Source: Utricularia gibba
Taxonomy: Eukaryota > Plantae > Magnoliophyta
Direction: 5' to 3'
Length of the DNA stretch: 64,000 bases
Assembly (NCBI GenBank): GCA_002189035.1
Contig: NEEC01000021.1
Coordinates: forward strand, 62,001-126,000
Numbering within the stretch: the first letter of the stretch is position 1; each line of letters begins with the position of its first letter. Positions 1 to 12,564 of this stretch are shown here, piece after piece. The notes below the pieces were generated by a model. That model was not told the origin of the DNA and searched no databases. It saw only the letters and a list, made by a program, of their open reading frames with translations. The translations under genes were made by a program, and so were the position numbers.

Positions 1-925
1 AATTTCTTATTTTTTCCTTTCAAAATGCAACATTTACACCCCTACATTTTCCCATGCCAATTTTCTTCCTATAACTTGGTGTTACGGAGAAGTATATGTG
101 GTCTTTAATCCCAGCCATGTTCCACCCTCTCCATCCTTATTAGCAAGCATTTGCATAACCAAGAAATGTCTCTCTATTTGGTAATGCAACAATGGATACT
201 TACGGCTGTTGTAGATCCGATACACTGGGGGTGGTATCAGAATGTCATTCCCCTATGAGCTGTGCCACCGGATACTTGATAGTGGTGTTTCTCCAATACA
301 GGGAAATGCATCGAAATCAAGGAATATGGTTTTTTGGCTAAGAAAAGTATATTTAAAGAATATAGCGAAACAAAAATGTGTCATGCTCATATTGACAAGC
401 ATACAATCAAGGAAAATAAAGAAAACAAATATTGGATTTTTTAATTAAAAAGAAGATAACACATATTTTTTAATAGTTTTAGCTTATAAAATTAATGTAT
501 TTACTAATAAAATTATACATTTTAAATATGATTTTAGATATGTTTTTGAATTTACATTATTATTATTATAATAATAAAATTGATTAAGTCATCGATTTAG
601 ACAATGTGTGGTTCTGATATCCTATTTAATGAGTTTTGTAGCAAGTTTTTTTTTTTTTTTATCAAACCACCATCAAATCTACATATAAAATAGGTGGCAT
701 GCAGTACGAGGTAAGGGAAAATGGATAACTGCCAACAAGAAATGGGAAAAATTAAAAGAGAGAGAGAGAGAGAAAGAAACTTTTGTTACAAAACATAATA
801 ACAACCGACAAAAAAGATATGGAAGAATAGATGACATAAACATGGAGTAAAAAGAAGATATTTTCTACACAAGATGATGGCATATTTGACCTAAAAATTT
901 GAATTTTTGGTATTTTTGACCCATA

Positions 926-1699
926 ACAAAATGAAGTCAAAACTTCTACCTCATGGAGATGGCCCTTTCCAAATTGTTGAGCGCGTGAATGATAATGCAT
1001 ACAAACTAGATTTACTAGGTGAGTATTCTGTTCATTCAAATTTCAATGTTGCTGATTTGTCTCTTTTCGACATGGATATAGATTCAGGGACGAATCCTCT
1101 TAAAGAAGGGGGGGATGATGAGCCCCAAGAAGATAATGAAGTGTATTTAAAGAATGATGAGGAGTTTGTCCAAGTGAATACATTAGAGACAAAGATGATT
1201 CCAACGGGACCAATGACTAGAAGCAAGAGAAAGATGCTTGAAGATACACTTAAGACTCTACTCAATACAATTGGAATCAAACATGGGCTTGAAGACATCC
1301 CATCAAAAGAACTCAACTACTTGAAGATGGATTTATCTTAGAGCATTGGGCTTGTTGTTTGGCCCAAGTAATGTTAGAGCCCAATCCTAGAGTATAAATA
1401 CTCTAAAATTGTACTCTTTAAGGACCTTTAGTCATTTTCATGTATGTTGTGAGGATTCTCCTCTTCTTTGAGTGCTTGTACACTCTTGACTTATCAAGCT
1501 TTGAGCTTGTGGCGTCTTAGGATTATCACTTCCAATCCCTCCTCTTTTCTGAAGTGTGGCTCCTAATTTTCTTTGTTTCGAAGTCTGGTTGCAAGAGATT
1601 CATTCTCTTGAGGGTAGACTTGGGTGGGATACTTTCTAAGCTTCAAAATCACCTCTTGTTCGTGGGTTGCTAATCTTTTTAGATTAGAGGGTCACATCA
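926..1699 (+). mobile_element. 3' fragment of a CRM-type (centromeric chromovirus) Ty3/gypsy element: integrase tail, PPT (1102-1115) and full 3' LTR (1116-1699)
   Basis: ORF 907-1341 reads KSKLLPHGDGPFQIVERVNDNAYKLDL...NFNVADLSLF, the CRM integrase C-terminus. PPT AAAGAAGGGGGGGA is followed by an LTR TGATG...ACATCA. The ORF runs into the LTR with a GPMTRSKRK (CR-motif-like) segment, as known for CRM elements. Confidence 0.85.
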
Positions 1700-2434
1700 T
1701 ATAGTTTGACAAATTGGCATTCTTAATTCTTGAAATTTGTTAAATGCGTATATTTAACCCACACAATTTAAAAAATTGATATAATTAACTCATAAAGTTT
1801 ATCAAATTGGCATAATTAACCCATAGAGTTTGACATACATTTTTAAAAAATTGAATCATCTTCAATAGAAATATTAGTCGATAAGCATCATGTACTTTGA
1901 CCAATTTTTATCAGTCCCATCACTTGGCGTTTGACCAATTTGAAAGTCGTTTACGCAACTTGATACCTCGTCTACGATTAGCACCTATTGGAGGAACAAA
2001 TAAAGCAGATTATGTAGATAAATAAATCTATCCCCCTTGGGTGTATTCCCATAGATAGGAAAAATCACATTATTCACCTAATATAAAGTAAATACAAGTT
2101 GCCAAGAAAATAATATTTTACTTAATGAATAAAATTATTCAAATGATGTTCCGGGTTCAAAATTGACTGCAAGTCATCTATTAACAATGTGTTGAATGAA
2201 TCATGCTTGCCTTCAGATGAACCCTAAAATATGATAGGAAAGAACAAATTAGGCTTCACTTGGTGGCCCTAACTTCTGCTTCAATTTGCCTTAGCTAACT
2301 ATCTCAGTAAAAATAACCACCCTTATCCCCAGTGGAGGTGAATCCAAGCAAAAGTGAAGTGATAGGGTAGAAAAATCAGGTATCAGTGATATTTACCTCC
2401 AAAAGATGGGTTATATATGATGGGTCAGTTCTCG

Positions 2435-2616
2435 TTAGCAAAAGAACAAGGAATTTCTAACTTTTTTCACAAGTGGAGGCATTGCAAGAACAGCCAGAGC
2501 CGAAGTTGTACTGTTGGAACCACCACCTTAGCTAAATGATGTTTTCGAGTTTTGCTCAAACTTCATCCACTGACTCAGCTGCGCTGTTGCCAAGTGCGCA
2601 TAACAAATAGGACCCA
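2435..2616 (-). pseudogene. AGO4: Last coding exon of an AGO4-clade Argonaute (PIWI C-terminus), with an internal stop
   Basis: After acceptor TGCAG the exon translates (V)GPICYAHLATAQLSQWMKFEQNSKTSFS*GGGSNSTTSALAVLAMPPLVKKVRNSLFFC*. This matches the AGO4/9 terminus APICYAHLAAAQ..FMKFED.SETSSSHGG...MFFC*. The premature TAA is at 2528-2530. The exact paralogue (AGO4 vs AGO9/6) is not resolved. Confidence 0.85.
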
Positions 2617-2692
2617 CTGCATAACATGCATGCCTAGTTAGTCATCTGAAGCAAAGCAACCGACATAGGCATTTGTTTATTATCATACTTAC

Positions 2693-2724
2693 CAACTAAA
2701 ATGGCAATGATGCTGCACTGATAA
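2693..2724 (-). pseudogene. AGO4: Penultimate 32-bp exon of the same Argonaute fragment
   Basis: CAG|T TAT CAG TGC AGC ATC ATT GCC ATT TTA GTT G|GTAAGT gives YQCSIIAILV, a decayed YQRSTTAISV. It joins in frame to the last exon across a 76-bp GT-AG intron (2617-2692). Confidence 0.75.
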
Positions 2725-3939
2725 CTGTATTTCAAACATCAAGGTTGCAGCTTATTATAAGTTATCCGAGGATATGTATTCTTGAATGTGGCCAACACGT
2801 AGTCGCAGGTAAAGTCTCAATAAGGTAGAGAGCAAACGATGCTTGATTTGAACAATATTAGTAACCACCCATACCATTCATTCATTGAAGATAGAAAGCT
2901 CAAATTGTTAAGACATGTATTAGTACAATGAGTTTAACAATAGAAATCAGGCAAATAAGAAACAAATGCAATACTGCAGTGAAGAAAAAAAATCACGAAA
3001 GCCTTGCCTTCATAAAATGGTGATCTAGATAAACTGCTCTTCACATCTTTCTGGTTGTCCAGGTATCAATTCTCCCAAGCTGTTCGTAGTTTATCTTCAC
3101 ACACGTTAGATGAAAGAAAGGGTCATCCCCAATTCGATATAGGGTCAAATTTAAACAAAAATACAAAATTTAAATATTTTAATAATTAATTATATATTAT
3201 TAAAATATTATTATTATTAAATCAAGTTCAACTATGTATGTCAAATATGTTAAACTGATAAATTATTTGGGTCAAATATGGCAAAATCAAAACTTAATCA
3301 GATCAAGTCTATCATTAGTTGATGAATGTCTTTTATAGTAACAAAAATTCATAGATCATATATGCCAATTAATAAAATTTATGGATCAAATATGCCCATT
3401 CATAAAGCTATATGGGTCTGTTATGCCCTCTTATGAATGGCCCGTAATGCCCAAACCCTTGATTTTTAGATTAAATATGTAATTATCTGTTTTCTACACA
3501 TACCCCGGGTGTGGAAGAGATGATGCTCAAGCAATTTTCTACATATCAGATGAACCATAAGGAGTGAGAAAGAAGAAAAAATATTTTCTTTCAGCCCAAA
3601 GAACTAAAAAACCCATTTCAAGAAAATATTGTTCATATGTAACAATAGGGTTGTCGAATTTGGACTCATTTCATCAATATTTTATCATTTAAACATTTTA
3701 TTTAATTTTTTCATCACAACAATACATTCACATGTAGTTCGTTGATTGCTTCTTGGTACAAGCGATTATCCAACTGTTACTTCTCATGCTATTGGCACAC
3801 ATGCAAATACTTTGTACCCACCTTTCCTTTATTGGGAAATCACAAGCATGTAGTTTCCTCCATAATGAATCGCAAACATGTATTCATTCATTTGGTTTTG
3901 AAAAAAATGTGATGTCTATCGGGAGACCAAGATCTCCAT

Positions 3940-5257
3940 TGTTATGGTCTGCAATCTCTATTGTTAGAATTTAGTATAATACCTCTCTAATGGTCATAGT
4001 TATGTACAAACTCAGTAAGGGATAGAGTGTGTTTTGAGGAAACACCTTAGGAAGTTGAGTTGTAGAAGGAGTGATAGAGCTAAAGAAGAAGAAAATTCAC
4101 GGGTTTAGCTATAAGAAAGGGGGTGTTTTGCAGAGAATAAGGTAAGTGAGATGAATGCTATTGGCTTTTGTTATAAGCATGTTTCTTATGTTTCTGTGGA
4201 ACAAGATGTGGCTATGTGCTTATGTGTTTTCTTTTTACTTTCAAAGGGCGTTCCTCGTGTTTTGCAAGCTTATCTTTCTTTTTCATTATACATTTATTCT
4301 GTAAAGACTAGCAGGGGATGCTCTATCGAAACCATCATTTCTTTGTTTGTTTGGTGGTTGAAAAATCCATTTAGAGGCTCTAAAATCCTCTTGTTTCAGC
4401 TTTAACTGTTCCTTTCAAGGAATATGTGCCCTTGTTGGTTGTCTTAAAGCACGTTTTCCCCTTTTAAAGTACATAAAACTCCCAATGTTCTTTATCTATG
4501 TAATATGTGAACATATGTTAGAAAATGGTGAGGGGTGTGGACCCACACTCCTAGCAACATGGTTTAAACCATGAGATTTATTGCTAACAATGTCAGACAT
4601 GTCTCAGGCATCCTTATGGGATAAGCCAAGCAAAAAAGATGAGGGAAACATGTTTATACATGATATGGTATGGGCTTGAAGGTAGTAATTGGTTGGTGGC
4701 TCTTTTGATCTCTATTGAAAAGCTTGGATAATACATGACCCAACTCCTAAGACTTGAAGGTGATGCCTTAAGCCAAAGGGTCAAGGGACTCTGGCAAAAA
4801 TAGGCTATGAGACTCATAATGTGCCTATGTGCCTGTTTTTTAGATTTTACGCTCAAATGTTTCTTTCTTTACTTCTTCACTCATGTTTATCTTTTTGAAA
4901 ATTGCAGTAGCATGACCACTTCATGTTTTTAATTTGTTGCAGGTGTAGAGGGGAATAGCTAGAGGTCATGTAATCAACCAAAGTATGAGTGTGCCTTTCA
5001 AGGTTATGAGTGTGCCTTTCAAGGTTGTGGAGAGCTACTTCGCGACTGTGGGATAATAAGCTATGTGTGGGATGTGTCCCATTTAGGCTTGATGTAATTC
5101 TTATGCATGCTAGGCTGGTGCCATAACAATATATATGTAAACAAAGCCTAAGTTGTTCTCTATGTAAATTATGTAGGTAAGGTTGTTTTAGAGTCCTATA
5201 TCTGGGGCTTAGCAGTCATGACTTCTACCTCTTGGGCCCTAGCCATGGATCCTGACA
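3940..5257. mobile_element. Solo LTR (1318 bp)
   Basis: Termini TGTTATGG...CCTGACA with a perfect 5-bp TSD TCCAT (3935-3939 and 5258-5262). No internal domain. Confidence 0.8.
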
Positions 5258-6960
5258 TCCATAATTAAAATTCATATCGATTAATAACATATAATCTCCA
5301 CATAATTGAATAGCAATGTAATTAATTAAATGTCCAAAATGCAAGATTATCCTTTGCCTAGCTACTTCTCTTTGCATAAGGCCAATAAGGAAAGTTTAAT
5401 ATTCAAACGGGTGGGGTTTACTAGTGGCACACCAAATTACAATTAGTATAAAGAGTTTAACTTTCAAGTTTCAAAATTATGTCATAGTTGTTTTAACTTA
5501 CATTTTTTATAAATAATTTACTTATGAACTTATGAAATTATATACCTAATCTTCTATGTTATCAAAACTAACCGACTTTAACTCTTAATGTCACATCATT
5601 ATTAAGAGTATCTACAATTTCTATTTTTCCTTGTATGAGAATCTTACTCTCGCTGAACTCTGAAAATTATGATATATACGAATGCGATATAATTCTAACA
5701 AGAAATTTTGATTTACTAAAGTCTATATGCAAATACAAAAAATTTTATTATGAAATTTTGTTAAGTATAAAACCACAATTGATTCGTGGTTTAAAAGTTC
5801 AAAAAAATTATTTAGATTTTACTTGAATGATTTTGATAACTTGAAATGTCTTTTTTTGTAATTTTGAAATTGAAGTATTAAATTTTTTATATTAATTAAA
5901 ACTTGAGATGTTAGCTTCTGCAATTCTCACATATTCAAAGTCTTCTTAAAATCACACACCACATCACAAAAAGTTTATTTTTAGTCAGTACATTGTAAGA
6001 ATGCCGGTGGCCAAACAAACATGCAAAAATACATACATTTATGTATCGTTAGAAAAAAATGAACCTTGGTTCAACTGATTTTATAAAGAATATCAGTTTG
6101 GCTAGTTAAAATCTTGTGCACTTTACAACAGTAAAATTCATTTTCTGATGGAAAATTGGAAATAAGAAGTTTAAAATTCAAGGTATTCAGTTTCCTTAAG
6201 GGCGACTATATCAAACAACAAACTCTACTCAACTAACAACAATTTATTTTCTGCGACTTAATTTCCACACTCTTCAGAGTGCAAATGAGTCATTGCCGCA
6301 TGGATCTTTTTGGAAATATTGCTGCAATCGGCTTTATCGTTTACAATGCAACTCCTTTCCTTGTGGGCGGGGCTCCTTTGCTTTTTGCAATGGCTTTTAT
6401 TGTTGTTTGCTTTATCTTGGTCCTGCTTCTCTGACCAGTACTCAGTAGATAGAAAGTGAAAGAGAGGAACTTCGGCTAATAGTTTCTGCAAATCCACCGT
6501 AATGGTAGGATTATGTTGCTTTCGAAAACAGAAACCCAGATTTTTGGCAGAAAATCGACAACCTTACCCAAAACCTAGCGGGAGAAATGGAAAACACAGA
6601 TTGGCGGAACAACAAAAGGATGGAATGAGAAAAGGCGGTAAATGAAAATGATGGAAGTAAAACTAAATTGAAAGGTACAACAGATAATTTATCATTTCTA
6701 TACAATCACACTCATCTACCAAACATGTCAAATTATAAATTACGGTTTAAATCAGTGTTTTAAAAATGGTTAAATCCAATGAACCATTTTATTATGATTT
6801 TGGATCGAACCCTTTTCAAAAGAGTTGAACTGGATTCATTAGTTTTTAATTATATTTTCTAAAATATCAAAATATAATAATAAAATCATGATTTAATCCA
6901 TCAAAATATTGAAAACATAGAAAAGACAAAATATGTTCTTAAATATTTGATACAATTAAA

Positions 6961-9900
6961 TTAATATTCAATATGTTGCTTCAACTTCTCATTGAATCTT
7001 CTAATTGCTTCAGCTCTCTTCTTGCCATATAAACTAACTTTCTCAGGCAAAGGTAACATATCCAAAGATGTAAGAGGATTAAAGCCATAAACCACTTCAA
7101 AGGGAGATAATTTAGTAGTGAGATGCATGGTTCTATTGTAAGCAAACTCAACAAGTAGCAAATATTCCTCCCATGTCTTAAGAAATGATTTAATCATAAT
7201 CCTAAGGTAGAAAGTGCACGATTAGTTACCTCAGTTTACCCATCGGTTTGAGGGTAACATGTTGTTGAGTATAACAGCTTAGTGCCAAGTTTACTCCAAA
7301 GAACTCTCCAGAAATGACTGAGAAATCTTGCATCTCGATCAGAGACAATAGTGAGGGGCATACCATGAAGTCTAACAACTTCCGTAAAGAAGAGATCAGC
7401 CACATGCGATGCATCATCAGTTTTATGACAAGGAATAAAGTGTATCATCTTTGAAAACCTGTCCACAACAACAAAAATGGAATCTCTACCCCTTTGGGTA
7501 AGAGGCAAGCCTAAAACAAAATCCATAGAAATGTCCACCCATGGTTGGGAAGGAATAAGGAGTGGAGTATACAAACCATTAGGGGCAGTGGTTGATTTAG
7601 CCTTCCTACAATAAATACATCTATCACAAATTCTTTCAACATCCCTTCTCATATGTGGCCAAACGAAATGTTGGGTGAGAGTATCAAGAGTCTTTTTAAC
7701 ACCAAAATGTCCCATTAGTCCACCACCATAAGCTTCTCTAACAATCAAATCACGTATGGAGCAAGAAGGAATGCACAACCTATCTTTCCTATAAAGAAAA
7801 CCATCTTTCTTAAAGAATAGTCCAGAAGGAGCAAGTTCACATACCTTATAAGTGTCCCCAAAATCGTGATCATGAGCATATAAGTCAATGATGGAAGCAA
7901 ATCCAAGAATTCTTGCATCAAGATTGGCTAAAAGAGTGTACCTTCGAGATAAAGCATCAACAACCACATTTTCTTTACCTTTCTTGTATTTGATCACATA
8001 TGGGAATGTGTCAATGAATTCCACCCACTTAGCATGTCTTCTATTCAGCTTTCCTTGAGCCTTCAAATGTTTGAGAGACTCATGATCAGCGTGTATCACG
8101 AACTCCTTAGGCCACAAGTAGTGCTGCCATGTCTCCAAAGTTCGCACCAATGCATACAACTCCTTGTCATATCTTGGATAGTTGAGGGTGGCACCATGAA
8201 GCTTCTCACTAAAATAAGCAAGTGGACGTCCATTTTGCATCAATACAGAACCAATGCCTAAACCTGATGCATCACATTCAATTTCAAAAGTATTAGAAAA
8301 ATTTGGAAGTACTAGGAGAGGTGTTGAGCAAAGCTTATCCTTGAGTTGTTTGAAGGCGTGTTCATGCTCGTCTCCCCAATGAAATGCATGATTTTTCTTG
8401 ATCGATTGAGTGAGGGGTGCTGCTATAGAGCTGAAGTCCTTAACAAACCGTCTACAGAAACTTGCTAACCCATGGAAACTCCTAACTTCACCAACTGATG
8501 TAGGTGTAGGTCATTCTTTGATTGCTCTCACTTTCTCTTCATCCACAGCTACTCCTGCATCACTTACAAAATATCCAAGAAAAGAGACACTATTTGTGCA
8601 AAAAACACTTTTTTATGTTAGCAAACAACTTCTCTTTTCTTAGAGTACCTAACACATTATTCAAATGCCCTACATGTTCCTCAAGACTCTTGCTATAGAT
8701 AAGAATATCATCAAAATAGACAACTACGAATCTACCTATAAAAGTCCTAAGAACGTGATTCATTAATCTCATAAAGGTACTAGGAGCATTAGTCAAACCT
8801 AAAGGCATAACAACCTACTCATACAAACCAAATTTAGTTTTAAAAGCAGTTTTCCATTCATCACCTTCCTTCATTCTAATTTGATAATATCCACTTCTCA
8901 AATCAATCTTACTAAAAACACAAGCACCATGCAATTCATCAAGCATATCTTCAAGTCTAGGAATAGGATGTCTATACTTGATTGTGATGTTGTTGATGGC
9001 TCGACAATCAGTGCACATCCGCCAAGTTCCATCAGACTTTGGAACCAATAACACCGGCACAGAGCAAGGGCTCATGCTCTCACGCACAAATCCTTTAGAC
9101 ACCAATTCCTCAACTTGCTTTTGTATTTCCTTCGTCTCCTCTGGATTGGCTCGATATGCTGGTCGGTTAGGGAATTGTGCTCCAGGCACAAGATCAATTT
9201 GATTCTCAATCCGTCTAAGGGGAGGTAAGCCTTGAAGTTCTTTTGAAATACATCTTCATATACCTGTAAAAGAGACACAATACAAGATGGAATAGGTGGA
9301 GCATTGTCAGGGAAAGTAGAAACTTCACCCTTGTACATAAGTAGAATGAATGGTTGCCTAGTATGAAGTGAGTGTCTAATCTCACTTGGTCTTGCTAAGA
9401 GACTCTCATTCTCTCTTTCAATTTCTAAACCTCTCATGTTTTCACTTTCTGTTTTGCACTCTTTTTTTCTCACTCAATTCCTTCCCACTTCTTCTTTTCT
9501 CTTCACCTTTTCGAATCCTTTTTTTACTTATTTTTACTCCACTCTCTTTTTGCCCTTCTCCACTCATCTCTTCTCCCTTAGGCACGATCTCCTTGCGCTT
9601 TCCATTAGCACTATGCAGGGTTCTAGCATCACTAAGGATTTTGATTTGATCTTCATGTGCCTCCTTTGGAGATAATGGAGCAAGTGTGATGGAACGTCCC
9701 TTATGGCTAAAGAAATACTTGTTCTTAAAGCCATCATGGAAAGTTCTTCTATCATATTCCCAAGGCCTCCCACGAAGAATATGACTTGCATGCATAGGGA
9801 CAACATCACATAGGACTTCATCTTCATATCTCCCTATGGAAAACGTCACAAGCACTCACTTCCTTCATTGAACCACTGCGAATTATAAGGCTTAGGATGC

Positions 9901-10030
9901 CTCATGGTTGGTAGTCTCAATTTCTCCACCAAGATGTTGCTGGCAACCTTAGTGTAACTAACTCCATCAATAATAAGGCTGCAAACTTTTCCATTAACAA
10001 AGCATCATGTTTGAAGCAAGTTTCCATCTT
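6961..10030 (-). mobile_element. Truncated CRM-type Ty3/gypsy pol: protease (~9442-10030), RT (~8590-9300), RNase H and integrase (6961-8590); stops and frameshifts
   Basis: Minus-strand ORFs contain [68 protein letters not shown] and [11 protein letters not shown]...VVDRFSKM...SDRD. No LTRs at either end. Confidence 0.92.
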
Positions 10031-10632
10031 GGTACTCAACTAAACAAAATTGAGTTGTCTCATGTTTTGCTTATGCATAAATAGAGGTTATGTAATTTGA
10101 ATAATTTCTTCTTTTAAATCATGTATTTCTGACATGTTTTTCATGAAACACGGATACTAAAACATCCAGACAAATACACATCATCAAGCATTGGACGTTG
10201 CAGCAGGCTCTTATGCTTCAAATACAACAGACCAAATACATTGCCATTTCATATAGGCAGACATCGCATTGACCAATTAAATGTAGGAGGACCAGAACAT
10301 GATTTCTCCATGACAGAAACACAACGATGTTAACCTGCTCTGATACAAATGTTGAAGACAAAACATGTGTAGACATTTCACAGATCATCATTTTTTAAGA
10401 ACTGGAAAATTGTTCAACAAAAACTCAAGGTTGAAGAATGGATTTCTTCTTTTTGAAAACCCCGCAACATAGTTACTACACTTATTAAATATTCATAAAT
10501 GTTTATAAAAGAACCCACTACTTCAAACGAAACTGAAAAAACAGATGACCTAGAACAAATTATCAAACGGCATCATCGGCAGTTACATTTTTAAAGCAAG
10601 TCCTTCGCATTAAACCACTAAGCCCAGCAACA
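10030..10632 (-). mobile_element. Ty1/copia remnant: short LTR (~10350-10632), PBS-like site (10336-10348) and decayed gag start
   Basis: GCTCTGATACAA is the reverse complement of the tRNA-Met PBS TGGTATCAGAGC with one mismatch, and sits next to TGTTGAAGAC...CAACA. The downstream minus frame has GPPTFN, similar to copia gag PPxFxG. Confidence 0.5.
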
Positions 10633-11025
10633 TTACTAATTGCATTGACAATTATATTAAGTTTCAAATCTCTATTGATAGTTACATTTAAAGTTGTAGA
10701 AGTAATAGTTTCATTTCTAACTTGCTTTCTAATAAGCATAGATCTAGTAATGATGGGATGCTGGGGGTAGGGGGGATCTTGTATACCAACTCCTTCAAAG
10801 AGTTGTGATTCAATTCTAAGAGAAAGATCTAATGATCTCAATACAAGTAAAAAACACATGCATTTGTGGATTCAATGCAAAAATTGTTATGGATTTATTT
10901 ATAAGAAATAATTGTACTAAAAAATGAATATTCGTGAACTTGAAAATGAACAATTCAGCAAGAATTGAATTTTTGATTGACCTCTGCATTTGAGAATCCT
11001 ATGGATGAAGACATGGTTGCTGGAA
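10633..11025 (+). pseudogene. accD: NUPT: middle part of plastid accD (acetyl-CoA carboxylase beta subunit)
   Basis: Translates NCIDNYIKFQISIDSYI, RERSNDLNTSKKHMHLWIQCKNCYG and NPMDEDMV. These match AccD [35 protein letters not shown] and PMDEDMV. Confidence 0.85.
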
Positions 11026-11439
11026 ACACATGAGAAGATGCAAAACTGAATGACGATGTGTTTTATATGCATGAGTGCAAGCAATTTTACTAGGTAAAAC
11101 CCAACAAAACTGGGAAACCTTCTGGACGTAAGGGCATCCGAATTGCTTACCGGCCACTTCTATTGCTTTTTTTATTGCTTCAATCCACATCGTTATTTTT
11201 TATTCCATATCATTAAAAATTCATTTGGAAATCTAACTTTTCGATTTGCTCTACATTGTTGGCTGGAATGTTATATTTAAAATTATTTTTATGTACTTCA
11301 TATTATTTTTAAGTTATATTTAAATTTGATATTTTACTAATAAGGTACACATTTTATACATAAACATACTACTAATTAAAAACATAAACAAAGCCATCAC
11401 AGAATATCAGCAAAATTTAGTCCAGATATATTCGATCCA

Positions 11440-12560
11440 ATCAGATTTGAGTTATCAATGTAATATTGTTTCTCTAGATCTCACGGCTCTTGCCAAATAC
11501 GCTTCAATTGCTTCAATAATTTGTCCTAAAATATCAGGTGGATCATCCATAGTATTCACTCGATCGTAGTCTCTCTAGAATCAGATTTGGTATAGTGTCC
11601 CTCATCTTCGATAATCATATTGTGTAATATTATACACGCATATATTCTATTTACTAATGTTTGATGATCCCAAGCACAAGCAGATGAATAAATAATATCA
11701 AATCTTGCTTGAAGTAATCCAAAAGTACTTTATACATCCTTCCTTGCACTCTCCTGATGCTGAGCAAAAAGTTGTATTTTTAGATATTGTGGTAGTGTGA
11801 TGGTTTTCATAAAAACAGACTATTTAGGATAAATATTATCAATTAAATAATATCAAATTTGATACATATTTCCATTTACATAGAATTCAATGTAAGGTGG
11901 AATACCTCGATGTAAATTATCAAATAATGGAGAATGAATCAACATATTAAAATCATTGTTTGAACCTGGAGTTCCAAAGAAAGAATGTCATATTCACGTA
12001 TACTTTGATAAAACTACTTCTAATATCATGATAGAAGACCCATGACAGTTTTTCCACTCCCAATGCATATAATTTATGCTTTCAAGCATATCAGGGAAAT
12101 CTTATTCTTCTCCCCAAGCCAACAATCTTTGGATATCATTTGCGTTTGGTCATTTCATATACTCATTTTCAAATATAGTGTGTATACTTTGAAAAAAGAT
12201 CTTAAACATTTTAGTATTGTAGACTCACCTATTCGAAGATATTCATCACATGCATTTGTACCCTATCCATAAGTCAACATCCTCATAGTTGTAGTGCACT
12301 TCTGCATCGTAGATAGCGAGGCACGACCAGTTGCATCTTGAAGATATGGACATACTTCTTTAACACTTGTCATAATTCTCTCAAAAAAAGAACGACGCAT
12401 TCTGAAACGCCGATGAAACATTTGATCAGTATAGGTAGAATTTATTGAAAAATAATCTACCACTAAACAAGTGTTTCCTCTTTCATGATCTCGATTAACG
12501 TAGTGATGCTTTTCTCAATTCCTTGGTGTCTCCTCACACTCATCATCAAGCATGAAATCA
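11440..12560 (-). pseudogene. Harbinger DDE transposase (decayed)
   Basis: YFSINSTYTDQMFHRRFRMRR...QDATGRASLSTMQKCTTTMRMLTYG, then FFGTPGSNND and FAQHQESARKDV: hallmark PIF transposase motifs. Confidence 0.85.
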
Positions 12561-12564
12561 AAAG

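Larger units (their letters stand above)
879..3428. mobile_element. Pack-MULE-like non-autonomous element with degenerate long TIRs (left 879-925 plus 1700-~1845; right ~3200-3428), carrying host gene fragments
   Basis: The left end (GGCATATTTGACC...GACCCA/TATAGTTTGACAAATTGGCAT...TTTGACATACAT) resembles the reverse complement of the right end (GGGCATAACAGACCCATATAGCTTTATGAATGGGCAT...TTTGACATACAT). Both are built from GGCATA-T-T-GACCCATA subrepeats typical of Mutator TIRs. No 9-bp TSD found. Confidence 0.55.

Noticed and set aside
232-243. TGGTATCAGAAT, a PBS(Met)-like motif
   Set aside because: No adjacent LTR end (CA) and no recognisable gag downstream within the window.
865-3440. TSD for the Pack-MULE-like element
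   Set aside because: The flanks (ACAAGATGAT vs TCTTATGAA) do not form a 9-bp duplication, so the element call is kept at moderate confidence only.
6258-6497. 79-aa ORF with C-x7-H-x4-C spacing (zinc-knuckle-like)
   Set aside because: The second Cys is missing, there is no supporting context, and the ORF has a non-ATG start.
926-6960. A single inversion that would rejoin the two CRM pieces
   Set aside because: It would separate the two halves of the left TIR, which join seamlessly when only 926-1699 is removed.
10200-10335. Ulp1-protease-like or rbcL-like reading
   Set aside because: Better explained as decayed copia gag downstream of the minus-strand PBS.
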